DNA from: Chrysomallon squamiferum
Taxonomy: Eukaryota > Animalia > Mollusca
Direction of reading: 5' to 3'
Assembly (NCBI GenBank): GCA_012295275.1
Contig: CM022666.1
Span: 11,842,001 to 11,906,000 of the forward strand
Length of the DNA stretch: 64,000 nt
A program made the translations under genes and the position numbers. Position 1 is the first letter of the stretch, and every line of letters starts with the position of its first letter. Below the pieces are notes generated by a model, which worked only from the letters and a program-made list of their open reading frames with translations, did not search any database and was not told where the DNA came from. Shown here piece by piece: positions 40,374 to 54,982 of this stretch.

Positions 40374-40750
40374 TAGATATGTATGTATGTGTTTGTGTGT
40401 GTGTTTTAGTTACTTTACTTTAACTGCATGATGCTGAATCTTAACAGATATTATAAGTTTCTGTTTTAATTTTTTTTTATCAGTTTTTATTTAATACGTC
40501 CATTTTGTATGTTTAACTTACATTAACTGTTACTGATACGACTGGTTGTCTGTGAATGGTGCTATCGATGTCTGCTCTAACGTATTTCTCACAGCTGTGT
40601 TTAAACTGCAGGTTGTAATGAAATCAAACAAACTCTTGTCTGTCTTTCTTCTCACCCTTAAGCTCGTGCTGAGCCTCGCAGAAACACAGAACATTGTTAA
40701 TTAATCAGACCGGACACACAACGGACTTTGTGAACATTTACAAAGCAATA

Positions 40751-40807
<57 letters not shown>

Positions 40808-40869
40808 GAGTGAATGTGCGTGTATGTGTGTGTGTATTTGACAGTTTTGACGAAATATATATTCATACA

Positions 40870-41367
40870 AACGTACATACTTACATACATTCAACATGTA
40901 TACATATAACATACATACATACATACATAAATACATACATACATACATACATACATACATACATAAATACATACATACATACATACATACATACATACAT
41001 ACATACATACATACATACATAAATACATACGTACATACATACATACATACGCAAATATATACGTACATACATACATAAATACATACATATATACATACAT
41101 ACATACATATACATAAATACATACATACATAAATACATACGTACATACATACATACATACATACATACATACATACATACATACATACATACATACATAC
41201 ATACATACATACATACATACATACATACATACATACATACATACATACATACATACATACATAAATACATAAATACATAAATACATACGTACATACATAC
41301 ATACATAAATACATACATACATATACATATATACATACATACATACATACATACATAAATACATACA

Positions 41368-41399
<32 letters not shown>

Positions 41400-41438
41400 C
41401 ATACATACATACATACATACATACATACATACATACAC
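40870..41438. repeat. (TACA)n tetranucleotide microsatellite
   Basis: Seen directly. Confidence 0.97.
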
Positions 41439-42077
41439 AAACGTATTAGAATCCGTCTAAACGAGATTTTATTTTTTTAATTTCATTATTTAAAGTCCAA
41501 GTGATTCTATTTTGTAAGGATTTCTCTTCGTCTGCTTAAATTAATTACGTAACATTAAATACTTACTGTGTGAGACGTGTAAAAAAATCTTTTTTAGACA
41601 GGTGTACACACGTTCATTGTTTTTGTAATAACAACGGCTGCAACAACAACGAAAACAATGATAAAATCATAATAATGATGAGAAGTAATACTGTTGAGAT
41701 GATGATGATGATATTGTTGATATTCTGGATAATGGGAGTGTTTAATGATGACAGTCATTATCATCATTATCATAATTATCGTGCAGTGATTCTAAAAAGT
41801 AAAATCTTCATGTTAGATTTCGATCATTTCCGTTAGTCATCGAACTGTTAAACTTCGACTGTGATGTGTTGTGAAGTCTGAGAAATAATGTTAAACATTA
41901 TAGCTCTGGGACTCAAATACTTTGTCCAGTAACGAACGTGATGAAGTGGACAGCAAGAAAAACATTCTTGTCAGCTGAGGTGAGCCGTCTTTAGAAGCAC
42001 TCATCTTTCTGTAAGAGGTTATTCACACAAAATTTCTCTAAATTCACATCTCTGCGTCGATTCGTATTAACAAACTA

Positions 42078-42279
42078 CAGTGAACTCCCGATTTAACGGA
42101 CCTCGAGTCAAAGAACTTAGAATTTAACGGACAAAACCTTTGGCGGAATAATTTCTTAATTTCTGTTAGCAAACACTCTAGATCATTTTATAGAGGATTA
42201 TGTTATTTCTCCTTATTTTAATGAATGTATAAAAATATATTTAATTTAAATGACACTCCGTTAAATCGAGGATGAACTG
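42078..42279. mobile_element. Tc1/mariner-pogo-type MITE about 100 bp downstream of the GPCR stop codon
   Basis: TA TSD (42076-42077, 42280-42281). TIRs CAGTGAACTCCCGATTTAACGGA and TCCGTTAAATCGAGGATGAACTG; internal repeat of ATTTAACGGAC. Confidence 0.85.
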
Positions 42280-42386
42280 TAATTTGATGTATAAATTATA
42301 ATAAATTCAGTAAATTCAATTCAAACGTTTGAAGAGTTAAAGTTTGATGCTTTCATTACCAGGACTATGATTTGATATGAACTCTA

Positions 42387-43394
42387 TCAAACCCTTACCC
42401 GGTTATCAGAGTTACGTTTGCAATAAGAACAATACAGAGTTTTGAATATTGATCGAAAATTATCTCCGAAGATTAGATAAATTGCACAGTGTATTGAGAA
42501 ATTCAGATGAAACAACACCTCAAAGCATCTGCGAAGGATGAGATCTGTGAGAGTAGGAGCCATTTCATACCACAGCAGTTTGATTGTCATCACAATCCGC
42601 ATCAAATGACTCGGAGTGTGCAGAATAAGAAATATCACGGAAACAGAGAACAGCAGTTTAGAAGCTTTCATCTGCATAGCCGAAGCCGTTCCCGTTTTAT
42701 TTTTGGAATAGCTTGAAAGCCGGATACTTCTTTTCAGCGTCCTGCACATTGCCATACAGATTGCCATGTTGAAGGAGATCATGAGAACTAACGGGATCAG
42801 AAGCGTCAAAACTGTGTCTGTGTACGACATGGCAATCATAAGTGATTCAAACTCCACCAGTCCAGTGCATTCTTGTTTCCCGGCGTCGTCCACAATCCCA
42901 GTCGTCCACACACTGAAGCTGTAGATGAGGAGGGAGAGGATGACGATGAGTGCTGTCACACGGTGAGCTTTCGACGGGTTGCACCACGTCTTCACGTAGG
43001 CTGCCAGAGACACCCGGACGTAGTTTTCAAAGGTGATGCAGACGACAAACCACACAGAAAGAAATCCGCAGACGTAGCTCACGTACACTGTCGTCTGACA
43101 CACGACCTCGGTGTTGAAGGCTGACACGTGAACCTGATACAGCCACACAACAAACAAAGACAGGAGGAAACCGATATCGGAGAAACACTTGGCAGCCAGA
43201 AAAAACGCGCACGATTTTTTCTTCAGTTTGGGTGTAAAAAACACGATCGACGCCAGAACATTAGCGAAAATTCCAACAGAGCAAATCACTGGCGTGACAA
43301 TTATCTGAAAACGTCTCACCCATAAATAAATCTCTTCTGGCACTCCACTGCCAGAGTCATTTCTTCCCAGAGGGTTAGCCATAATGTCATCCAT
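42387..43394 (-). CDS. Class A (rhodopsin-like) GPCR with uninterrupted CDS, neuropeptide-receptor-like (FMRFamide/TRH-receptor-like invertebrate group), 335 aa
   Basis: Intact ORF with seven hydrophobic segments, N-glycosylation site NDS, TM1 GxxxN (GIFAN), TM2 Asp (LAAKCFSD), Cys at the top of TM3 and in ECL2, Pro in TM5 and TM6, and C-tail CSYC. The ligand cannot be assigned from sequence. Confidence 0.93.
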   Translation of the reverse strand: MDDIMANPLGRNDSGSGVPEEIYLWVRRFQIIVTPVICSVGIFANVLASIVFFTPKLKKKSCAFFLAAKCFSDIGFLLSLFVVWLYQVHVSAFNTEVVCQTTVYVSYVCGFLSVWFVVCITFENYVRVSLAAYVKTWCNPSKAHRVTALIVILSLLIYSFSVWTTGIVDDAGKQECTGLVEFESLMIAMSYTDTVLTLLIPLVLMISFNMAICMAMCRTLKRSIRLSSYSKNKTGTASAMQMKASKLLFSVSVIFLILHTPSHLMRIVMTIKLLWYEMAPTLTDLILRRCFEVLFHLNFSIHCAIYLIFGDNFRSIFKTLYCSYCKRNSDNRVRV

Positions 43395-45874
43395 TGTCCT
43401 AGAAGGTTTTTTGCTATTCTCTCAGAGTTTTAAATAGGAAATGAAAATTAGCAGCAAAAACTGGCACCGTGTCAGTACAGGAAATGAAAATGGCCGAGTT
43501 GATGAGCATGGCGAACGAACTAAAACTACGGCTGTTTCCCAGTGTTTTTAGTAATGGAACTCCATCAGAAGTAAACAAACTGCAATTTAGCTGTTCTTGT
43601 TAAAACAGAATTATTCATTTTGTGAAAAGTTCCATCCTGAGAGCTCACTATGGTAATTAAGAAAGCTGTTTTAATTAAGGAACTAGCTACAGTCTCATCT
43701 GTTGTGTTAAACCCGAGCTGGTTTCTCCTCACTAATCACTTAAGAAATGCTCTCTGCATTTCGCTTCTGTTTATCATTCAAAGAACTTTTGAAAATTTAT
43801 TAAATATGACAGTTGTTTTTCAGTATTTGTTTAATTATAAAGTTTTTGTTATTTCATTAATATTAGGTTTATTACAAGATTTGTAACAAGGAAACGTTTT
43901 GAATTTGAAAACCTTTCCACTTAGATTTTTTCTCAGTGTTTATCTTCTAGAGTTCAGATGGAAACCCAGTAACGTTGTAATTTTCCAATCGCTTTTCAGT
44001 TTCACCGTTGTCGTCAGAGACATATATCTCCCACTGCCTGAAATTAAGAGATTATGATACGTATCATTACACCTATTGACGAAATCAATTCTCGTTTACT
44101 GATTATAATAATTTAATCAAATAACGTCCGTGCCATTCTTTGACATTTTAATTCGGTTAACCACCACTGGTCAGGCAATGTAGGAAACCCTCACATTTCT
44201 CTCACTGCTGTTACTGGTTCTAGTCTCTGCGCTGAAGTATAGTGAAGATGAGTTTAGTACAAAGCACGTGTTTATATAAAAGTTTAACCTCTTTGTGACA
44301 CAACAATGTTTTTAAACAGATGAACTGGAATTACCCATATAAAGTGATTACAAACTTTGGTTAATGAAACTCTGTGAACACCTCACAAGTTAACCATTTT
44401 TCCAACTGTCGTGTTCAAACGCCACACATTTTACTTCTCTTAAATTGTTTCTACACAATGAGCTAAAAACTGCGTCATCCTCCAGCCAGATTCTGAAATA
44501 ATCAAAAATTCATTCAAAATAATTGTTATAATCATAAAAATTATATAATTTAATATAAAATGTGTTACTTATTTGTATAATTTGAAAATATGTAGATTAT
44601 ACGAGAAACAACAAAAGAACAAAAACCGAGAAGAAGAAGACGAACAATTCTTATATAAAATGAACAAAAGAGAAAAGAAGAACTTAAGAGAGACTCATAT
44701 AAATTAAAATGTAAAATCAGAGAAGAGAGAAAATGAGAATTGTATGAACTGTTGAACTGAAGCAACTGCAGTGCTGTATAAACAGAAAAGACAGGCGAGT
44801 TATAGCACTGTGTGCATTATTCATCATTTGTCGATTCCCTTGTTTCTTGATTAGACCCAGCCTTTACTCGCTTCCATTACAACCAAAATACTCACAAGTA
44901 GAACACGCACATTTCTTATAAGTTTTCTAATCTTCCTATGACAGTAAGAAATACATTAAAATATAATACACATAAAATAATAGCATAAATATTTACTGAT
45001 TTTGACTTAAGTGAATAAAATAACTAAGCTGGTTTGTAAATGTTTCATCCAGTTCAAATGCGCCATTTACGCTGTAACCAATCAGCTTTCTCTAAATAAA
45101 CTAATCAACCGATACACATGTTAAATCAATATTTGATAGCTCATTAATTAGGAGTGTTTGGAAACGATTAACACGCGAGATATAAACAGTTAACACCAAG
45201 AGGTATTAAAACGGCAGAAAAGAAAAGGAGAAGAAAAAAACCCACTAATAATAACAGTAAAAAAAATGATTATTTTGTCGTCAGAAGAAACTTTAGATGT
45301 TTATGGTACCTGATGAATTGAATATAAAACTGAAAAAAGAAAACGAAAGATAAAAATATGTTTAGTGCCGCTGCTTGTTCATTCTGTTTAAGTAAGAAAC
45401 TGAATATCTTTTGTTTGTTAAATAGTTTGTCTGACATCTTGGGTTGGATGTGCTACAGAACACCATTTGGAAAAAGAAACAGAAAATAATTTCATTACTG
45501 CTTTTAGAATTACTAACGTTTCTAATAACTTTCTCTGTATTCATTTATCTTTTGTATAAAACGTACGTACCTAGGTACCTACATGTAATGCACATATTAC
45601 AAATATATCTATATATAATAGAGAGCAAAGAGAAAATACGAAGAGAACTATCGATCTGAAAGCACGGTGATTAACATCATTAAATGTTAATTGTTATTTT
45701 CCAATCTCCGTAAGATACTTCTTCACAGCCGAGATTTTTAGTACCTCTCGTCTGCATGTCTTCAGATGTAAGAGGAAAAATGAATGAAGAAATCTGTCTA
45801 TAAGTGAGCGTGTGTGTGCGTTTGCATATGTGTATGTATGTCTGTATATGCGTATGTGTATAAATTACATACGT

Positions 45875-45909
<35 letters not shown>

Positions 45910-46397
45910 TATATTATGTGTTTGTGTTCTTGTATGAATTAACTAATTACTTTGAACAGCAATCTTTACATATCAAATTTTAATTTCAAAGCGGATGTTT
46001 GAAACTAAATAATACTCTGAAATAAATGGTCTTACCTTCCAAATAAATAAGAAACAACTGTATTTGTCTCAAATTATAGAGATAAACCTCTTGTTATTGT
46101 CAGAACTTGCAGACTAAATAAATAATTGTTTTAACTTACAATCATTACCATCATCATTAATGATATTAAAAAAAACTTTTAAATTAAACAGTGTATATAT
46201 ATCACAGATGGTGGAATGTGACACTAAGTCTGGCTTCTCTTTCTTGCAGATTCTATTTTGCAGTTCATTTACAATCAGTGTGACATGCTCGGCTAATAAC
46301 AGTAGTAATCTCACTGTACACAGTAGCTCGCTGTCCGTCTACATCAAACAACAATCTGCTATCCTCTGTCAAACTGATTACTTCAAACTTCACACGA

Positions 46398-46911
<514 letters not shown>

Positions 46912-47552
46912 TTATAAATAATCAGACTGTCTGAGAGTGATTACGAGAGGCGATATTCTGAGGACAGTCTAAGAATGAGCGGCGTTAAAAAAAAAAAAAT
47001 ATAATAAAAAATAAACAAAGTCGCGATATGCTGCTAATCAAACCTTTACTTTTTTGCTTGCGCCATTTGAACTTCTTTTTCAAAATTAAAAAAAAGGAAG
47101 AAAAGAAAAGGATTTACATTTTTACCCAGGAGCTGTTTAATATTCTACACTAAAAATAATAATTTACTTTCGAAACTGGTAGCGTACAGAGAAAAACTGC
47201 TTGTTAATATTTTGTGATAGCAGTGACAGAGTAGTTTGTTAAAGGAAACAGAAGCTTAATACTGTGATTATAGCTTACGCTTCAAAAGAGGTAAAATATA
47301 TGTTTTCATTGAGAGGTTCTGGCAGCGCTGGCTATGTACTTAATTACCTGAAAATTTCCACTAGTTGATGGAAATCAAAGCTTGTCTTTAAAAAAAGAAA
47401 AAAAGAACGAAAAAAAAAAAAAAGAAGAAGAAGGGAAAAAACAAACACAAAAAAACAACAACAACAACAAAAAAAAAAAGAAGAAATTCCAAGACTTCAT
47501 TGCTTTGTGAAAAAAGAAAATGGTCGTATTTTAGTTTACGCATGCGCAATAG

Positions 47553-47601
<49 letters not shown>

Positions 47602-48415
47602 TATATAGTAGTAGTAGTAGTAATATAAAAATTATTTTCATGTCCTTAATTAAGAAATGAATGAATCATTTTATGCTCTAGTGATATGTTAAATATAATA
47701 ATATTTTTTTATTTATTTATTTTTTTTTTTTTTTTTTGTGTGTGTGTATTAACGAAAGACTGGAATTTATGAATGAAGAAATGAAGGAACGAATAAAGAC
47801 ATGAAAAAGAATAGAAGGGAACTATATCATTAATTCATTCATCCAGTTATATCTATATATCTATATCTAAATATATATATATATATACACATATACATAC
47901 AGACATACACACACATATATCTTCTGAACTCCTGGATACATATATATAAAATTAATAATAATAATAAATAATATAATATAAAATAAAATAGAAAAATAAA
48001 TAAATAATAAAAATTTAAATCTTTTAAAAGATCAAATAGAAAAAAAGGATTTGAATCTAAGCACAGTTTCACATATGTCACTATAACCAATAAAATTAAA
48101 AGGTCATTAATTTACACAGGTCGGTTTTTCTAGGCTACAGTTATTTTTTTAATTTCCTGACGTCGTATTGCACAACAAAGGCTGCAGCCTGCGGGTTTTA
48201 ACTTGGCCTGTTTACGCAGGGCTTTACCTCGCGGACACCTACACGTTTCCTTTTTAGTCCTAACCTCTTGTCCAGTTCAGCAGGAACACAAGTCTAATGC
48301 AGTTTGAAGCGGTGAGTTCAACAGGAAGTACGAATTTAGTGACACTAACAAGGATTTTAATTGGCCGAAATATTACTGATTGCAGAAGCTGTTACGGGAG
48401 CGTATAAATATTTAC

Positions 48416-48454
<39 letters not shown>

Positions 48455-48774
48455 AAGAAAGAAATAATAAAATAAAAATAGCAAAATAAATAAATAAATA
48501 AATAAATAACCACCAAAAACACATGCGTCATTTCTTTTTGCATTTTCGAAATTCAATATAAAATATAATTATATTTGTTACAGCACTGGTTACGTATTTA
48601 TCAGACTAAAAATTCTCCAACTTATACGCTGTTATATAATCATGCCAATCAAAAAGTAGTAGAAGTGACAGTTATAATAATAATAATAATATATAAACAT
48701 ATTCAAATGTTAAAAAAAAATAATTACAACAACAACAAAACATGCAGTTAAAGAAGAGGCTGAATCAAACTGTA

Positions 48775-49165
48775 AAGCGACGCCACGCGAGTGTACAAGT
48801 TTCAAAGCTGAGTCAGTTACACAAAACTCGCCGTATCTTTGCCACTAATTAACTTAACTTTAAAATTTAATAACTGCCTTCAGAACTTCGTCATCACGTA
48901 TTTTTATGTAAAAGGGTCAAACAGACTTTAATTATATGCGTATATCTGCAGTTAAAGGCAGTTTATTTACTGACTATAATTGTTAAATGCATTACTAATG
49001 ATATTTCTTGTTATTTTAACTTTTCTCTATCTTACATAAAGAGAGTAGATAATCTCAAGATTACATATAGGTAAAACTTAGTACTTTGGTTAGTACATGT
49101 AAAAGAAATGTATCTAATGAAATGCAGATACCGAGTTATGCATTAAGCAACGACGAGATTATTTA
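48775..49165 (+). repeat. Dispersed repeat, copy B (related to 37900-38160)
   Basis: Same blocks as copy A in the same orientation, with a longer spacer between them. Confidence 0.7.
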
Positions 49166-49934
49166 TTACAAACTAATACAAATTTTTCTTTATTTTTATG
49201 ATTTACTAATCAGATCATCCTTTGTTTGTTTTTTGTTTTTTTTATTTATTTAAACTAAGACAAATTTTTGGATTTATCTGTATTTCAGTTTTACAATCAA
49301 GAGAAAAACTAAATAAAACTAAAACTGACGTAAACAATGCTTCGAGACCGTAGCAGATAAGAAGAGATAGCTGTAAATGTATAGAATTAAATTTAAATCG
49401 TTAATAAAAACTAAAGATAAAAAGACGACAAAACAAGTCTCCTCTCAAGCTACTGGAACAACTAACACTCTTCTGACTTTAACATAACAAGAAGTAAAGC
49501 AAATAATTCTGATTTATTAAAGCAAAAAAGTTAGTTTAATACCTGTCCTATCATTACTAATTAGTTTAGTGTCTTGATTGTTTTTAAAGGTTTGCTGGAA
49601 GAGTGAAATAAGATCTACCTGTTCCCAGTGTGAAACTTGTGTATCATTTCGTTGTCTCGGCTCGAATAGCGTGCAGTTAATCATCGCTGTTAATTCAGTA
49701 TTCACATTTAAGTGAGACCGCCACGCTGGCTGTTGTAATCATCTTTCCAAGGTTTTACAAGCCCTCGGCTGTTGACACTAAACCTGCCGAGACAATTAAG
49801 TTGGCGAAGTCTAACGAAATAGTAAAGTACATTATTAAATTTGATGGCTTAGAAAGTTCGGAGTTATAATTTTATGACGTTTCGGCTGATACTGAAAACA
49901 CGACATGTAATGTGAATTTCTTCTCTTCGTCTAA

Positions 49935-50796
49935 TCTGCTAACTGATTATACCAGCTGTGTCTAACTTGCTAACTGATTATACCAGCTGTGTCTAACTTG
50001 CTAACTGATTATACCAGCTGTGTCTAACTTGCTAACTGATTATACCAGCTGTGTCTAACTTGCTAACTGTGATTATACCAGCTGTGTCTAACTTGCTAAC
50101 TGATTATACCAGCTGTGTCTAACTTGCTAACTGATTATACCAGCTGTGTCTAACTTGCTAACTGTGATTATACCAGCTGTGTCTAACTTGCTAACTGATT
50201 ATACCAGCTGTGTCTAACTTGCTAACTGATTATACCAGCTGTGTCTAACTTATACTGTGATTATACCAGCTGTGTCTAACTTGCTAACTGATTATACCAG
50301 CTGTGTCTAACTTGCTAACTGATTATACCAGCTGTGTCTAACTTGCTAACTGATTATACCAGCTGTGTCTAACTTGCTAACTGTGATTATACCAGCTGTG
50401 TCTAACTTGCTAACTGTGATTATACCAGCTGTGTCTAACTTGCTAACTGTGATTATACCAGCTGTGTCTAACTTGCTAACTGTGATTATACCAGCTGTGT
50501 CTAACTTGCTAACTGATTATACCAGCTGTGTCTAACTTGCTAACTGTGATTATACCAGCTGTGTCTAACTTGCTAACTGTGATTATACCAGCTGTGTCTA
50601 ACTTGCTAACTGTGATTATACCAGCTGTGTCTAACTTGCTAACTGTGATTATACCAGCTGTGTCTAACTTGCTAACTGTGATTATACCAGCTGTGTCTAA
50701 CTTGCTAACTGTGATTATACTAGCTGTGTCTAACTTGCTATCTGTGATTATACTAGCTGTGACTAACTTGCTAACTGTGATCATACTAGCTGTGTC
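49935..50796. repeat. Minisatellite with a 31/33-bp unit, about 27 copies
   Basis: Unit GCTAACTG(TG)ATTATACCAGCTGTGTCTAACTT, nearly perfect. Confidence 0.97.
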
Positions 50797-52396
50797 CTGC
50801 ACAAGAAATCTCTTCTCCTGAACGAACATCCCTGTGATTAACTGACTCTGTTACATGTCTACTGAAGGCAACACAGAAATACAACAGTTAAATAAATGAC
50901 CTAAGAATGTACATCTCAGATAACTAAATTATATATATAAGTATATATATATATATATACACACGCACAAAATACCTACAGAGGTTTTTTTTCCTGATTT
51001 TAATAACTGTGATAATATATATATCATAGCAACAACAACAATCAAATAAATGATTAAAGAAAAACAATATTAATGGATAAAATTTTGTGTTTTACATTTA
51101 TGGTTTAACTCTTTTTTCCTTCTTTACATTCAACGATGTAAGAATAAGTACCGTGGTTATAGTGACAGCAACGTCAACAAAACCACAGCAATCAGCTGAC
51201 CCAGCTGTTTGATTAAACGATCAATAAGAATTTTCAATTAAGTTTAGTTTCTGGCGTTACAAGATGAAATTCGGCAAGACGGGTGCGGACTGTTTGTCTG
51301 TAACCTTGTGTGTCTTGTTCTCCTTGTGTGCTGAAAAACACGCGTGAGACATAGCTTTCTCACAAAAAATACAAACATCCTCAAAGTGGCCGATCAAAGC
51401 ATTCATATATTCAGTACAGATTTCTTAATAAAAATATTTTATAATTTAGTACTGAAAATATAAAGAATGAACATTTTTTAACCCTGATTATGTGGGCTGC
51501 TTCACTCGTGGCTTTGAGGGATGGATCCCTTTGCCCAAATACATTTTTAATATGGATATATATCGGGTAATACTTTATGTGTTTGTTTATATTTTTCATC
51601 TTTTTCTTTGTTAGAACTATAACGTTTCCTCCTCCATCTCCTATATCTTATATTTTTTAAATATTCTGCACTTAAAAACTTCATCTTTATATACCTGACG
51701 AAATCACAGTTGTAAAGCTATATTATTAGTAATGTATTTAACATTTAGAATAAAACAATAAATGTTCAAACTGCATCTGAATGACAGCGGTCTACTGAGA
51801 CCTATTAGTTACAGCACAATGTCAGTTAGTGTTTCCAGGTCAGATGTTAATGTTCGTGCATAAATATTCAGGATTATTGTTTTATTCAGAAATCCTCTCT
51901 GAAAGAGAAATTTATCCATCCAACTGTCTGCTCTAATAATAATAAACTGTTATTTTCCTTGTGGTGTAATACAGATTAGCTTATTTTCTCAAACTAGAGT
52001 GACTGTCATCGTCGTATGTTGATCCTACAGGACAAGTTCAACTCTTCTTTAGTACTGAAAGTGTATATTAAGCTGTTTTGTACGACAAAATGAAAGTCGC
52101 AGATAAAACTGGATGAATGACGTTACAAACAATTCCAGTTTCCTGTTTTACTTGGCGAGAAATGTTAGCTTAACTCCCGACTTGCATGCACTGCAGACCC
52201 AGAGTGACGGCTGAAATAATCGAAACCTCATTTCTACAACATCTGCTTGTTGAAAGGTCATAATCTACGTGTTACGTTCTACAGACGAAACTGGACAATG
52301 AAACATTATAAAGATAATGAATTTAGTTTGTCAGATGACGGATTGCAGTTAATTACATCACAGATTGTTGTAAATATTTTTCGAAGTATATTGGCA

Positions 52397-52446
<50 letters not shown>

Positions 52447-52620
52447 TAATAAAAAACGTACAATTAAAAACAACAGAAAACATAAGAACATCAATAATAA
52501 CAAGCGTATGTAAATAAATATTTTAATGCATGCAGACCTCAAAATATATTTATATTAAAAAAAATGTTCTGTTGTTGCTAAGATGCAGTCATTTTAAATT
52601 GCATCGGAAAATAAAGTCAG

Positions 52621-52651
<31 letters not shown>

Positions 52652-52684
52652 GTAAATTCTAGTTAATATAGTTTTCAGTACACA

Positions 52685-52721
<37 letters not shown>

Positions 52722-53065
52722 AAATGTAAAAACAGAAAACTAGCGTTACTGATAAATATACTAAAATCAAAGATATAATGAATTAATTTACGAAAAACTT
52801 ACACGATCGTGTTAATGTTTTCTTATAAAGCTCTTATTTTCTTCGTTCACACGTCCGAACTGAACACGAAGTACAGAAGTCTGCTGCTGTACGACTGACT
52901 CTATTGGTTGTTGCTGACGTCTGACTTGTGTTCTACCAATCGATAAACAGATCTCCTTTCACTCAAGTGCTCTCAGTTTACTGACAATATCTGTGCGTTA
53001 GTTCAAACAGATCACAAATGAAAATAAATTTAAGAATATTTATTTATTTATTTATTTATTTATTC

Positions 53066-53105
<40 letters not shown>

Positions 53106-53277
53106 TGTTTTGTTTTGTTTTTTTAGTATTATTGTTGTTGTTTTTTTAAATGAATGATCAGCTTCACAGCTGGGAAGAAACATGTGACAATACACTGAAT
53201 CATTTCTGAGATGATTCGCTTACTCTCTTTTTACTGAAGTTAGAATTAACACAATTATATAAACTAAATATATATAA

Positions 53278-53298
53278 GTGTGTGTGTGTGTGTGTGTG

Positions 53299-53356
<58 letters not shown>
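53278..53356. repeat. (TG)n(GA)n compound microsatellite
   Basis: Seen directly. Confidence 0.95.
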
Positions 53357-53359
<3 letters not shown>

Positions 53360-54951
53360 ATGTGGGTGAGTGGTCTTCCTAATTTACAATAGTGCATAAT
53401 ATAATAAAAGATTTTCCATTTCAAACTTTACAGATGGTAAATAACATAACCTTTCAAAATCAGCTTCAGAGTAATAATAATAATAACAGAAGTCGTAGTG
53501 GTAGTAGTAGTAGTAATTGTAGTGGTTATAATAAAACTATGAAGTGGTCCAGAATACTGCGTGAGTCTCAGACTAGTATCATGTTAATTTTTCTTGCTGA
53601 TTTAAGGGTGTAATATTAATTACAAATAATTATTTGATAAATAATTATATTATCTGTAGCTTGTTAATTGAATTTTCCGCGTGATAACGTGACTGCATGT
53701 ATAATGCTGTATACAGTTAACAAACTTTAATAAGTTAATTTTGTGATTCTGTGTATAGTGTGCTACAAGAACATTAGAAAAGTTTTGACTGCAACAAATT
53801 AATTAAATTACAAAGACAGAAAACTAATATGTGACTTCTCCGGTGTGAATAAAAAGTTGAGATGGCGGAAAATGCCCATGAATTTAATATAGACCTCTGA
53901 TTAATTAATTATTTATTTAGTTGGTCTTATTACCTTGGGCAGTTACAGCTTTGTTATTTAAATTAGTAAGCAAATTTAGAAATATAAATTTAGAAATATA
54001 AATTTATATTTATATAAATTTAGAAATTAAATTCTAGCGTATGAAGTAAAAAACCAAACAACTGTAATCTCCGCTTCGTGGTCGTACAGTTTATAACAAC
54101 AACAGCAAAACAGAAGTTTATAACCGATGCAGCTAGACTCTTACATTTGCCTTTTCTAGAACATCTTTAAACTGTTAATAAGAACAAGAAGACTGTTGAA
54201 GAAATAAAGTAAATTCACTGAGGTTATCCTCCATATGAACTTTCAAAATAAACCTAGAATTATTTGTAATACTGGTAGATAATATTTGTAAATGTTGTCA
54301 GTGCCCCCCCCCGTTAACTAGAAACATTCTCAGAAAGGTAAAATAGAATAATTTATATGTTACATGCATCTGAAATTCAAGCAATTATATCCACAGTAAT
54401 TTTGTAAAGTACCATCATAAAAGATGCAAATTATTTCTTTTGTTTGAAGCTGTTACACAGACTAGTAAGAAAAGAAACGATAGAGAAATCTCCGTAACAT
54501 GGTAATTAAAACTAGTCTAGGTAACAATCAAGTTTATGAGTGAAGATGGATGACACTAATAGCTGTCACACTCACGAATAACTTCAGCTTAGACTTTTAT
54601 GTAAACTGACAATTATAGTAATAAAAAAAAAATAGAGCAGAATGTATTACAGCTATATAACAACAAAATTAAAATGCACAAGCGTGGAAGTTTAGCGCAG
54701 GATGCCTTCATGTTGTTTGTTGTTCGTAAATTGTGATGTGTTTAACGCGCCAAAACAGAACAAAGAACCAAATAAAATAACAATAATAAACAGGCAAGTA
54801 AATAAGTAAATAAATGAATTAATAAGAAGAGCGAGGTGACTCAGTTTGTGTATTAATTTTGTAAGAGCTGATTTCTGCCGGTCTGATAACTAGTGTCGTA
54901 CAAGGAGATCAAGGAAGCTGTCGCTGATCTAGCATAATCACCTTTCAGATG

Positions 54952-54982
<31 letters not shown>

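Noticed and set aside
40697-41440. MYVC/TYIH repeat ORFs
   Set aside because: Translations of the (TACA)n microsatellite.
47341-47360. Second AG|GT ratchet-like motif on the minus strand (TTTTCAG|GTAATT)
   Set aside because: Short pyrimidine tract and not inside a confirmed intron; likely chance in AT-rich DNA.
50509-50829. ORF of KLDTAGIITVS repeats
   Set aside because: Open only because the 33-bp variants are a multiple of three; interspersed 31-bp units break the frame.
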